Assembly (NCBI GenBank): GCA_000708835.1
Contig: DF236954.1
Span: forward strand, 1 to 64,000
Source of the DNA: Klebsormidium nitens
Taxonomy: Eukaryota; Plantae; Klebsormidiophyceae
DNA length: 64,000 nucleotides
Reading direction: 5' to 3'
A model generated the notes under the pieces. That model ran no database searches and had not been told where the DNA came from. It was given only the letters and a program-made list of their open reading frames with translations. Numbering within the stretch: position 1 is the stretch's first letter; the number at the start of each line of letters is the position of its first letter. The translations under genes were made by a program, and so were the position numbers. Below, piece after piece: positions 11,901-21,798 of this stretch.

Positions 11901-13161
11901 ACCTTTGTGGGTAGCAGTCCTTGCAGCGAGTTGAAAGCAGTTGGCTGAAAGGGCGTCGTCAAGACTCTCGCCATTCCAAAGGTGTTGCGGAAGAGCTTTC
12001 AGAGTCAAACAATCTTGTGGAGTTTTGAACGAGAAAAGCTAGGCTGGCTGCTATAGCGGTCCTCCGAATGCGGTCCTCAGATGCTGTTTTGCGTCAAAAA
12101 GGAAACCCACTCGAGGGACTGCAGACACACCTTCCAAGAGTATTGATGTTTTCTGTTGCATTCAGCATCAGCCTCTGCGAAGCCCCTTGGAGTTGCAATG
12201 GTTCCACCCGGTACCGCTTCTAGGAGGTCCAGCCACTCTTCCAGAGCTTCCAGCTTCGAGCTCCTGTCGGCCTGCAAGGGACACAGACTGGTTTGAGATT
12301 GGCGGCGAGAGCCTCTGTATGGAAACGCACGCCCAGGAGAAACTCATCTGCTCAAGAGGTTGCACAAGCTTTAGTACCTGGATATTTGGTTGAATACAGT
12401 CCTTGGTTAGATTCATTCTCCCTTGAATCGAGCAGCAAGTGACCACAATTGCGTTGTGCTTTCTTGGATATTGATGCTCCAGATATCAAGAACGGACGCC
12501 AGATGAGTCCTTCCTCAAATCCCAGTAGAACCGCAATACCGACCTGATAAAGGAGCTGTGGCTCCTCTTCTTCTTGGTAAACCCACGCGGTACTCTCGTC
12601 TCCAGCGAGAACCTTTCCCTCGCCTGTTGCTGCGCCAAAGTCGTCGTCGTCCATCTCCGCGCCATCATCATCGTCGTCCATCTCTGCGCCAGCATCGGGG
12701 TCGTCCATTTCTGCGCCAGCATCGGGGTTGTCCATTTCTGCGTCGTAATTGGGGTCGTCCACCTCACCCCTCTCCGGCTCCTCTTTTCGCTCAATGACCG
12801 CTTCGCCGTCTTTTGTGGGCAACCTTGTGCACGCATTCTCCTCCCAGGGGGGTCCTCCAAAACCCAGAACAGGGCTGTTGGGCGCCAGCTCTCCTAGAAT
12901 GGTCCGCTGCAGAGTGGGAAAGGGTGTTCCGCGCAGCGCCAACTTGTGGATGGGGGCCATCTCCTCGTACTGGTGCGGCTGAGGGATGACGGGTGAAGAC
13001 AGAGCCTTCTGAACCGGCTCAGCTTTCCTGCACGTGTGGGAATGACAGGTATCACTAGACGTTTCAGACCTTTGGCAGATTGATGTATGCAGAGAGCAGG
13101 GATCTAGATTGTACTTGCAATCGCCAAGAGAATTTGTAAAGAACCTGGAAGGTTTGGCCAT
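8972..13161 (-). CDS. Divergent PP4R3/SMEK (PSY2)-like protein phosphatase 4 regulatory subunit, multi-exon; 5' end and last exon uncertain
   Basis: Exons with canonical splice sites at 9142-9394, 10056-10231, 10886-11167 and 11700-~12010 join in frame: ...VRACALLMYCVRHHGTRLRPFVFRHGALEAVARLAGHAEPRVAMIAVEFLRACLLRHDAHY... This follows the SMK-1 pattern ICELLCFCV.HH.YRIK...E.YLV.AAVRF.R..L...D..Y. Upstream exons at ~12130-12270 and 12545-13161 carry an acidic repeat. Confidence 0.7.
12646..12765 (-). repeat. Coding 27-bp tandem repeat (about 4.5 units) encoding DAGAEMDD(P/D)
   Basis: On the plus strand GTYGTCCA recurs at 12646, 12673, 12700, 12727 and 12754 (period 27). Confidence 0.9.
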
Positions 13162-13233
13162 GCAAGGCTAGCTGACCTTGTCTGCATGTAGAAAGTCCAT
13201 TGACTGACCAGCCAATCTACCAGATCGAACTGC

Positions 13234-13330
13234 TTAAATTACGCAGGGACGATAGAGGCTGCAACAAGAAGACTGATCGGAACTTGTGGCATCATCGTCT
13301 CTTCTGCTCTATCGTCCCCGCGTAATTTAA
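13234..13330. repeat. Fold-back hairpin with a 24-bp stem
   Basis: 13234-13257 TTAAATTACGCAGGGACGATAGAG vs 13307-13330 CTCTATCGTCCCCGCGTAATTTAA (23/24; the mismatch is G-U on the minus strand). Imperfect pairing continues inward. Confidence 0.85.
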
Positions 13331-16300
13331 AAAAACAATTGAGTTGCTCTATCTTTCTTTTCTCATTGTGACAGACCATGAGGAGATACAAGACAAGAAA
13401 GCAGGAGCTGGACCATTGCTCTTGTATTGCATTGCATGAATTGAACTAAAAACACTGTGACCAATATCAGAATGCTATGCAAGCATGCTCTGCTCAGCCA
13501 ACTCAAAGGTGCTTCACCATCCTCTGGCACACGTCTGGTAAATCGGCACTCCTAGCGGACTCACCGCCCTGACTGCGGCTCCTCCATGGCAGATGCTATG
13601 ATGATGTCCTCTTGGCCTAGACTTGCGCTCCCGGTCTCTTTACTTTCCGGCAGGTTGTGATGCGTCTTCTGTTCTACTGACCTGCGCAGAAAGAGTTGCA
13701 AGAAGATGCATCAAGCGGTCTGTGGGAATCCAAAATGTCAGAGGATAGCACACACAGGACGGACACACTTGCTAACCTGCATGTTGGCGAAGACAGAGTA
13801 GGAATTCCTCAGCTATGGAAGTACGGGGCCGCTTGAGTCACCACCTTAAGGGAAGCGACCAGCATGTCTAAGCAGCGTCTGGCCCTCGAAACATGAAGCT
13901 ATGGAAGGTGGCTGAGTGGGAACAAAAGCGCTCCCCCCAAAGTCAGCTTCTCTGTGGGAGGTCGGGGATGCGGTTACTACCTACTCACCGTACTGCTGAA
14001 GTCAGATGCTTGGCAGGCCTCGGGCGGCGGCTGCCATTCCTGCCCCTTTCATTGCCTGGCCCAAGGTTCTCCTTTTGTGCTGTGAACACAAAGTGGTCCG
14101 CTTGATGCACAGGAACCATCTCTTCTGCGTCATCCTACAGGCAGTTCAAAAGAGGCAGAGTGATGAAAGTGTACTGGTTGCTTTTGAATGAGCACTGAAT
14201 CATAGGTATCTGCAATGAAGATGGGACCCTAGGCCACTACCTCTCTTGCAGACATATAAGGCAGAAGATTTGCAAGGTGTAAGCAGAACATTTTCAGAAA
14301 CATAAATCTCAAGAGGATGGCGCCACGATTGTGAGCCGCAAGCAGAAAACTAATATGATTTACCGAAGCAGCTGGCACTTCAAGAGGCTAGTGGGCCAAG
14401 TCAACGCTGCTATTCAATCCATCGAGCGTCCACATCGAGCGTCCACTTGCAGGACTTTTGAAGGCAACTACACGCTTTCCAACCGGCTGATCGGCAGCAT
14501 TGAATGCTTCATGCTTCATGCCAGAGAACTTCCATGTGCGGCTTTGCTGGAGTTGCTCACCACTTGCATGTCCTCAGCTGCCTGCATCTTCAAGTGTCTG
14601 TCACCAATTCTTCTAGCTTAGCTTGAGAATGCAATCTGTCAGCATTCCAGTTTTTGAAGCTTGTCTTTGACTCAGTCCGAGCATGCCAGCATTGCAGTTA
14701 TAAGACTCCTGCTCAGTGCCAATTCACAGCTGGAGACAGCATGTGCAGGATAGTACGTTAACAGCTTTTTGTTAGAGCGCCGCTCTAGCTCAATCTGACC
14801 TTACATCTGCTGAAATGCTGCCAAACATACAGTGCGCTGGCTCAGCATTGTTCCGTCAACAGATCCTTGCAGGTGCAGGTCTGGCCGCCTGGTGCTTCAA
14901 TGCGTTTGCAGTGCTCGTGCAAGAGTCGACGCCGCCAGAACGCCATTTGAGCGCTGCATGCAGAAGAGCCTGTGCAAGAGCAACACTCGCACTGTGCAGA
15001 GATGTGGCCGTTCGATATGATCCAGCGTTGAAACGGAAGGTCTCGATCACAAGTTTGATTGCGCGCGAGCTGATGACTGCCATTTACGGTTTCAAAATGT
15101 TTGGCTGACTCACTTGTGACTCACTTATGCAAAGGTTATGGTTTTCCGGGCTTCCGACGCCATGTTTGAAGTCCCCGGTCGAATTGAGTCCTCGATGCAA
15201 TCAAAAACAAACACAGCGATTTTTGGCATTAAAAGGCATACGTAAGTGTAATCCGGAAGGGAAAACTCCCAGCTGATTGATTATTCTGTATCTTGGTAAC
15301 CACTGCAATTAATCAGACCCAATGAAGGCCAGGAAAGCTAGGGCTTGGGTCAAATCGACGGGCTCCTTAGACAGTCATCCCTGATATATGCAACTTCGCA
15401 ATTATTTTTGTTAATCTGAGCTTGCTTAATCAAATTGAACAACATCTACATATGCGTACGTTCTTTTGTTGGCCTCCGAGGACTTGGTAATAGAATCTTG
15501 CATTTGAGTCAGACGCCAAGTCTTAGAAACACTCCCGAAACACTAGCGTCTAGCGTTTAGCCCATCGCTTCTCATGACGTTGTCCGTTACTTCCCCAGCA
15601 TGGTCCATGATTACAACCAGCGCGCTAGCGAGATCAGCCTTAACGAGCCCTAGTACTAGTACAGTAGTGCAGCCCAAGCTGATGAAACACAACTGCGGCT
15701 GAACATCAACTTCGACTTCACCGGGAACAACAACGGTCTCTTGAGTTGCGAAAAGCTCGAGAGGTGGCTACCAACTAGTGGCGTGCGTACGTTTGAACAT
15801 GATTGCAAGGCGTGCACCAAATTCTTAAACTTTGTCTCAGGAAGACTTGGGGGATATTCAGCATGGCAAAAACTTCGTCTGCTTACGGGTTCATAGTCCC
15901 CCCTTTAATTTGGCGGCTCGACCGGGTTCGCATTACTGCTTTCGACATGGTGCGCCTAATGGAGATGGCATGCAGGAACCCATCGTGTTTGAACGAACGT
16001 TGGACTTGAATAGAAGCTCTAGAGTTTGGTACACCATTCGAACCAACAATACCTTCCATCAGCTGAGTCTCTTTGGTATCAATAATTTCTCTCTGGCCGT
16101 TTGTACAGTCTCCTTAACTTAATTGTCCCGCCTGCTTGTAGGTCCCCAGGAGCTTCGCGTCATCCCCTAGGAATTGAAAGCCCGCCTGCATCATTGACTG
16201 CTCCTCTCCTTGTTCTCCACCTTCTCGCCAGTGCCTACCTGATCCACTCGGAGGCCGCCGCAACTCTGCGATTATCGCCGATATACTCGAGCAGAATCAG

Positions 16301-17601
16301 ACCGTCCTGGTCTTCCACGTACTCCTGCTGTCCGCAATTCGGACAAGCGGGCCAGAATCCGCTTGCCACGAAAGCGAAGCAGAGTGACGCCACACGAAGA
16401 GATAGAAGAGTATATTTTATCGAACTCCGCAGGAAATAAACATGCCTGCAAGCGGATCGATGATCATGAATTCGAATGAATGGGCATCAGGCCCATCATG
16501 AAAATGTCAACGACTTTAGCATGCGCAATATCTTCCAATTGCTTTTGGTACTTTAACACTGGACATTGCAATTTGAGACATAGCTCAGCCACTTATATGT
16601 CCGAGTGCCGTGAAATCTCCTCATTCAGGGTTGCACTATGCTTGTCGTCTTCATATCAATGAAAAGCTGCAAACCCTTAATGCATCGCTCATTCGATCCA
16701 AAAGATGATTAAGCCTGAAATCATACGGCCACGTTGCGGTCAATTGGCTCCAGGGTTTGTGTTCATGCATCCGGCCAGTCATCTTATGCAGCTCTCGGAC
16801 GAGGATGTTAATTCGCAGTGATAAGCCGCACGGATGCCAGTCTTGCACGAGATTGAGCCATCCGCTTTTGACTCCAAAATAATATGTTGAAGATTCGTTC
16901 ACCTGGGTCCACTGCAGCCATGATTGGGCCGCGTGCATGCGAGAACATCCATACCCTTCCCATCAAAGAGGCAAAACTGCCCTTACGATGTCTCAGCATC
17001 TAATTCGCCGTCCCCTTCTTGGTTTTGTAGATAGCCACTTTCACAAATATAAAAGCGGACCGTCACGGTCACTTCCATACTTTCGCACAGAAACAAGCCA
17101 GTCAAATATATAATATTTAAAAATCTCGATACGCGGTGTGATGATTGAACGGGAAACACATTTCAAGCGTCCTATCATCGCATGTCTTTAATCTTCAATC
17201 TTATTCTGGGTCGCATTCTCCCGTTTATTGAGTACGAAGGCCTCTTACTTCATAACAAGGTTCTGATCATAGTTTGGCAAATATGCTAGTGGCAATGACT
17301 CATTCACACAACGCTCGTGCTAGAACAAGAAACCTTTTTTGGTAAGCAATGCTTCTAACCCCCGTGGAATGGGCTTTGCCCAGCTCCAAGACAATCCAAA
17401 GTGCAAGTTGACGTTCTGATCGTCTCACGAACCTCTGGGCTTCAAAATTTTCCTCAGATCGGACTATCGAAGCTTCGGTGACCGTCCCCAGCTCGATCAA
17501 CGATTGTCGAATCGCGAAAGCATTTTGGCCCACACTCAATTCGAGGTTCCACTAGTGCTGCTTATATTTGGAGATATTGTGTACAATCGCACCTTTATAG
17601 C

Positions 17602-17838
17602 GGGGCTGTAGCTCAATCGGTAGAGCGCCAAGGCCCGAAAGAGGGTGATATCCCTCATGATCAGAGCTGGAAGCTCAGGGGTTACAATCCCAGGGGTGAT
17701 ATCCCTCAGGTTTACAAGATTAGGGGTGACATCCCCAAGGGGCGAAAGCTCCTCGTTGCCGGGGCCTCGATTGGGGCTCCGAGCTTCGCCCAGATGGGCC
17801 GGGTCTGAGAGATGCGGGTTCGAGTCCCGCCAGCTCCA
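17602..17838 (+). ncRNA. tRNA-Ala-like structured RNA gene, copy 2 (237 nt; expanded hairpin insert)
   Basis: GGGGCTG-TA-GCTC-AATCGGTA-GAGC-G-CCAAGGCCC ... GGGTCTGAG-AGAT-GCGGG-TTCGAGT-CCCGC-CAGCTCC-A. The 5' 32 nt differ from copy 1 at one base and the 3' ~36 nt are identical. TATA-like TTATATT about 35-40 nt upstream; first T4 about 29 nt downstream. Confidence 0.85.
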
Positions 17839-18838
17839 CGCTGTTTGGTCCATCAACAAGCAGGAACTTTTAGAATCGAACGAGAGTCTGCTGAGAGTGA
17901 CAGCTGTTCACGCGGTGTTCTGAGCAGCTTCAACTTTTCCACGAAGTCCCCGCGATCGCTGGGAGCTGCAAGGAAATAAGAAGAGCTTCGTGCTGAACGT
18001 GCCTCGTTTGAGAGGTCGAGCGTACTCCAACGAAGGGCTGGAGGGGATGAATGTACAGAAAATTGGTTGAAACCGAACAGGGTTACCCTCTTCGTCGCTG
18101 AGCTCATGACATATAGCTCAATTGCTCACACGTTTACGATCCAGAACAAACTGACATGCCCAATAATGGAGCTGCCTTTGCTTCTAGCGAGCCAGGAGCG
18201 TCTGCTCCGGGCAGAGCCTTGTGGGCAGACCGACCTGTTCATCCACATGACGGTCAAGGACTTTTGCTGGTCCGTTTTCCGAACAGACGGATAAACTACG
18301 CGTCATGTTGTTGCATCCTTGAACAGGACCCGAGGAACTGCTTTGACATCACCGAAGCGATTTGGAGACGGCTCACTCTCCGAGGGGAAACTCTCGTTAG
18401 GAATCCGCTCGGGGCACCGCTCAAACTTGCAATTCCGGGCAGCCGCAATCACCTAGAAATAAGACGAAAAGAGCACGCCGCCCTGAAAAGCATACTTCAA
18501 GGGAATAGTTGAAGGTGAAATTAACAGCGTATTGGTGATACAGGCTTTTCGACCCGGCAGCTTGTTTTAACAGGTTTGAAGTAAAAGTAAGAGTAACACC
18601 AGGCAGTGTTAAAGTGCGAGATGTGAAATCTGGTTTTTGACTGGCGCTCTTGGCACGAAGACTTCTTCCCCGCTTTGCAGAGCCTGGTACCTTTACTGGC
18701 TTGTGCAGGATGACAAGCTGCGACGGCCGAAGATCCGCGTGATGCACGCAGATCACCATTTAATTCTGCGTGCCTTACGGGGTCCGCAGACCTTGAGGGA
18801 GGCGCTAGCGATCGAGGCGGGGACGAATGAAAGAGAAA

Positions 18839-19039
18839 CCGGTAACTCTCGTGTGACCTAACGGGCGTGTGACCTAAGATACGAATTACCCGGGCACAAC
18901 AAACTAAAAACCTAACACAAATAATCACCCGCTCCGCACCCTAACCCACCCTAACCACCATACCAACCCCACCCGTGGACCCGTCCCCCGGGTGCCTATC
19001 TTAGGTCACACGGCTCTTAGGTCACACGAGCGTTATCGG
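18839..19039. mobile_element. MITE-like element: about 50-bp inverted arms with doubled GTGTGACCTAA subrepeats around a C/A-rich, telomere-like core
   Basis: Left CCGGTAACTCTCGTGTGACCTAACGGGCGTGTGACCTAAGATACGAATTACCCGGG; the right arm's reverse complement is CCGATAACGCTCGTGTGACCTAAGAGCCGTGTGACCTAAGATAGGCACCCGGG. The core contains CCCTAACCCACCCTAACC. No clear target-site duplication. Confidence 0.7.
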
Positions 19040-19889
19040 AGTATGAAAGAGGGGTTAGCAACCGTCACTTCGGGTGGGCCACGTCTGTCCTGGGGAGTGC
19101 GTGGGAATGCACGACAGCTTCTGAAACCAAGCACTGGCGGAGGTGGGCATGAGGAAGTACACGTCGAAGGCGCATCACCAAGAAACAGGACAGCACTTTA
19201 CACGAGACGAAGATGATAAAAGAAGTCATCGGAAGGACATATCTTTCAGTCTATCGGCCATCATTGGGTCTAACGTTTGAATACCAAAGTGACTATCTGT
19301 TCAAAGCTGGTGCGTCGGGGTGATGACATCCCCACCGGCATCTATAACGCATGCATTCAGACTCATCTCAACATACCTCATTTTCTGTACGCATGAAACA
19401 TTGCAATCGGGGGAGCTCAGGGAAAGAGAAGTGCATAGGCAGACTTCAACAATGAATCATGTCGAACTTGCATAAGTATGAACGACTATGAGAAAATGTT
19501 CAGGCTATGTCGACTTATAGATATTTGTGATCTTGCACACAGTAAATGACTGTCTCTTACTTGTTGGAGCCTACGCAACCCGCAACATTCTCAACGCTCT
19601 TGATACAGCCATGAAAAGCCAAAAAATAGTCCAGCAATTTAGTAAGTCTGTTACTTTCCGATGAGAATTCTCAAAAGTAGCAAACTATCACTGACTTCTG
19701 TGTACTAGAAAGCTTACAAGGTCCGCCTTCATACAGAGACTGCAGGTTTGCTGCAAGGTCTAGTTGCTCTCCCTTACAAAAACTCTCAGAAGGCAGTTAT
19801 CTTAAGTTTCCGATTGTTCTCGAAGAACTTGCGAACGCCAGCAATGGTAGTTGATTTGTAAGTCTCGGACTGTTTCGAAGCAGAGAACA

Positions 19890-21149
19890 TTAGGTTGAGG
19901 CTTTCCAGGTTCTGCGTTGCTTGGAAGAGTGACTGAAGTGTGCTGGATGTGTCAGACCCCTCTCTTCAAACGCCAGATCAACACATAGATCTTTCAGTTT
20001 GGAGAGCACCTTAAAAGGACTTGACGATTGAAGGCTTGAAAAGAAAAGAAGACCTAGATCCAGTTTCTCGATGCCCGGTGGCAACTGGGACACAAAGCTT
20101 CTGACAGGAAGAGGCGTCATTAGTCCGTCAAGCGTCACAGTCAGATTCTGCAAGGTAGGGCACTGACGGAGAATAGGGGCCACAATCTCCGTCCAGCTAT
20201 CCCAAGCGGAATCCCAGGCCGCGAAGGTCTTCAGGTGACTGCAAGGCTGGACAAATGTCACCGGGTCCTCCAGACAACTGACTGTAAGCTCTAGCTCTTG
20301 CAGTGCAGGGGCTTCCAATCGAAGAGAGTCGCAATTAACGGCCAGCCTGTGCAGGCTGGGTGCTTGAACATCAAGAGAAATGAAGTACGCTCCTAAAGTT
20401 TGAAGATCGAGAGATCTTAGCGTCTCTGACTTGACGAAGCACGTATTAACCTCCGGATCTGGATTACCAGTTCCAGAGTCATCAGACTTCAATTCGACGT
20501 GTACATTTGTCCAAAGAGTCTCAAGGAAACGGCACCTCTGCAGCAGATTGTGGACCGCTGCGACAGACAGGTTTCCATTGACGAATCGCACGTGCCTTAC
20601 TTCACTGATGGGAGCCGCTGTTAGCACTTCGATAGTGCCACGAGAGGTACTGAAATGGTTGAGACCTGAAACCGAGAGGAGGATGTCGATGATGTTTCTA
20701 CTTGGTTGAGGGTCATCTACCACAAAGTCGGCGCATGAAGGACCACCCCAAATTGATCCCGGTTCGTCCTGCATGCAGTATACTGAGACCACTTTTGGCA
20801 GGCGCTTGAGCAGCGAGTCACTTGAGATGAGACTGTGCGGAATATCCTCCTGCTTTGCGGCGATCAACAGTTCCAGTTTCTTACAAGAGAAACTCTGATG
20901 GTTCACAAAAACCAGGAACCCTTGCGCCTCTGCTGCGCTTCTCAGGGGCCAAACCAGGCTTTCTACCTGGTGCGCCAACCCCTCAAACCGCCGGCAAACG
21001 AGGAGCGCTTGAATAAAATCCTTTGCATGTTCGACGCTCGGTAACCAGCTCCAAAGTTGCAAGCGGCTTGGGCCTGCAACTTTTCCCAGTACGCGAATGA
21101 TCAGATCATCCGGAAGCAGATCAAAAGGGTCGGCTTCGATCAGAGCCAT
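19890..21149 (-). CDS. F-box protein with LRR-like C-terminal region (apparently single exon, about 419 aa)
   Basis: Uninterrupted ORF. N-terminal PFDLLPDDLIIRVLGKV...ALLVCRRF F-box motif; LxxLxL repeats (LRSLDL, LHRLAV, LQELEL, LQNLTV). Confidence 0.75.
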   Translation of the reverse strand: MALIEADPFDLLPDDLIIRVLGKVAGPSRLQLWSWLPSVEHAKDFIQALLVCRRFEGLAHQVESLVWPLRSAAEAQGFLVFVNHQSFSCKKLELLIAAKQEDIPHSLISSDSLLKRLPKVVSVYCMQDEPGSIWGGPSCADFVVDDPQPSRNIIDILLSVSGLNHFSTSRGTIEVLTAAPISEVRHVRFVNGNLSVAAVHNLLQRCRFLETLWTNVHVELKSDDSGTGNPDPEVNTCFVKSETLRSLDLQTLGAYFISLDVQAPSLHRLAVNCDSLRLEAPALQELELTVSCLEDPVTFVQPCSHLKTFAAWDSAWDSWTEIVAPILRQCPTLQNLTVTLDGLMTPLPVRSFVSQLPPGIEKLDLGLLFFSSLQSSSPFKVLSKLKDLCVDLAFEERGLTHPAHFSHSSKQRRTWKAST

Positions 21150-21759
21150 CAAAGGAGCCTGCTAAGTTTCCAATCGCCAAGAACCAAGCTGAACTTAAGG
21201 CTTATTTTCGAACCTGCTTGTCGGGAGTGACATTGGCGCTCTCTATGAAGTACCCCCAATTCAAATGAAGGCTTCGTAATATCTCTAGCTACCAGTGCGC
21301 TTCTGGCCCTGATCAACAGCGAGAAACCTTGAGAAAATGGAATCACCTGAAGCTCACAGGTGCTCAAAACGCGTGTCTTTCTTGGCTTGCTGGATACACC
21401 CCTGGAAGTTATTAAAACTGGCCGCCTGCATCTGAATTCTCATCCAGATCATCGTTTGCACGTTTCTGGCTGGCCCGTACGGTCGCTGGCTCTCATAAGT
21501 TAGTCGCGCGCCCGTCGCACACGCGGCCGCATGGCAGCATAGCGCCTGAGACTCAGGCCATGTTCGCAGGGTTTAACTGGGTTTTACCTTTGCGGTTGCG
21601 CGCGTATTATCACAGCCTAGTGACTGCGACAGTGAGGCGGCCGCGTAGGCGAGCCGCTCTGCGCAAGTCTTCAGAGGCCGACTTGCTTCAGAATAGTTCA
21701 TAAGCTGGCATCCCGCGGGGCCGCTGAGGCGCTAGCCTAACTACAGTCACCTTTAAAAA

Positions 21760-21798
21760 GTTCTCCTCAAGCGTTCCCCTCAAGCGTTCTCCTCAAGC
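21760..21798. repeat. 13-bp tandem repeat x3 (GTTCYCCTCAAGC)
   Basis: Units at 21760, 21773 and 21786. Confidence 0.8.

Noticed and set aside
14421-14446. ATCGAGCGTCCAC x2
   Set aside because: Simple 13-bp local duplication with no further context.
16230-16350. CPNCGQQEYVEDQDGLILL (minus) as a TFIIB/Rrn7-type Zn ribbon gene
   Set aside because: The second CxxC is missing, there is no start codon, and a stop follows soon after. At most a fragment.
17641-17753. Repeated GGGTGAYATCCC hairpins as a CRISPR array
   Set aside because: Repeats are about 14 nt with short, mutually related spacers, lie inside a tRNA-like RNA in a eukaryotic locus, and no cas genes are present.
17628-17800. Insert as a canonical 37/38 tRNA intron yielding a normal tRNA-Ala
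   Set aside because: No U33 or Ala anticodon (NGC) follows the 5' stem in either copy (GCCCG vs ACAAG), and the 27-31/39-43 strands have two mismatches. It is not formally excluded without RNA data.
17536-17923. ORFs 17536-17859 (-) and 17645-17923 (+)
   Set aside because: They overlap the structured RNA. Their openness reflects GC-rich repeats and there is no protein-like signature.
18925-18960. CCCTAA units as a true interstitial telomere array
   Set aside because: Only two spaced units, embedded in a TIR element; treated as part of that element.
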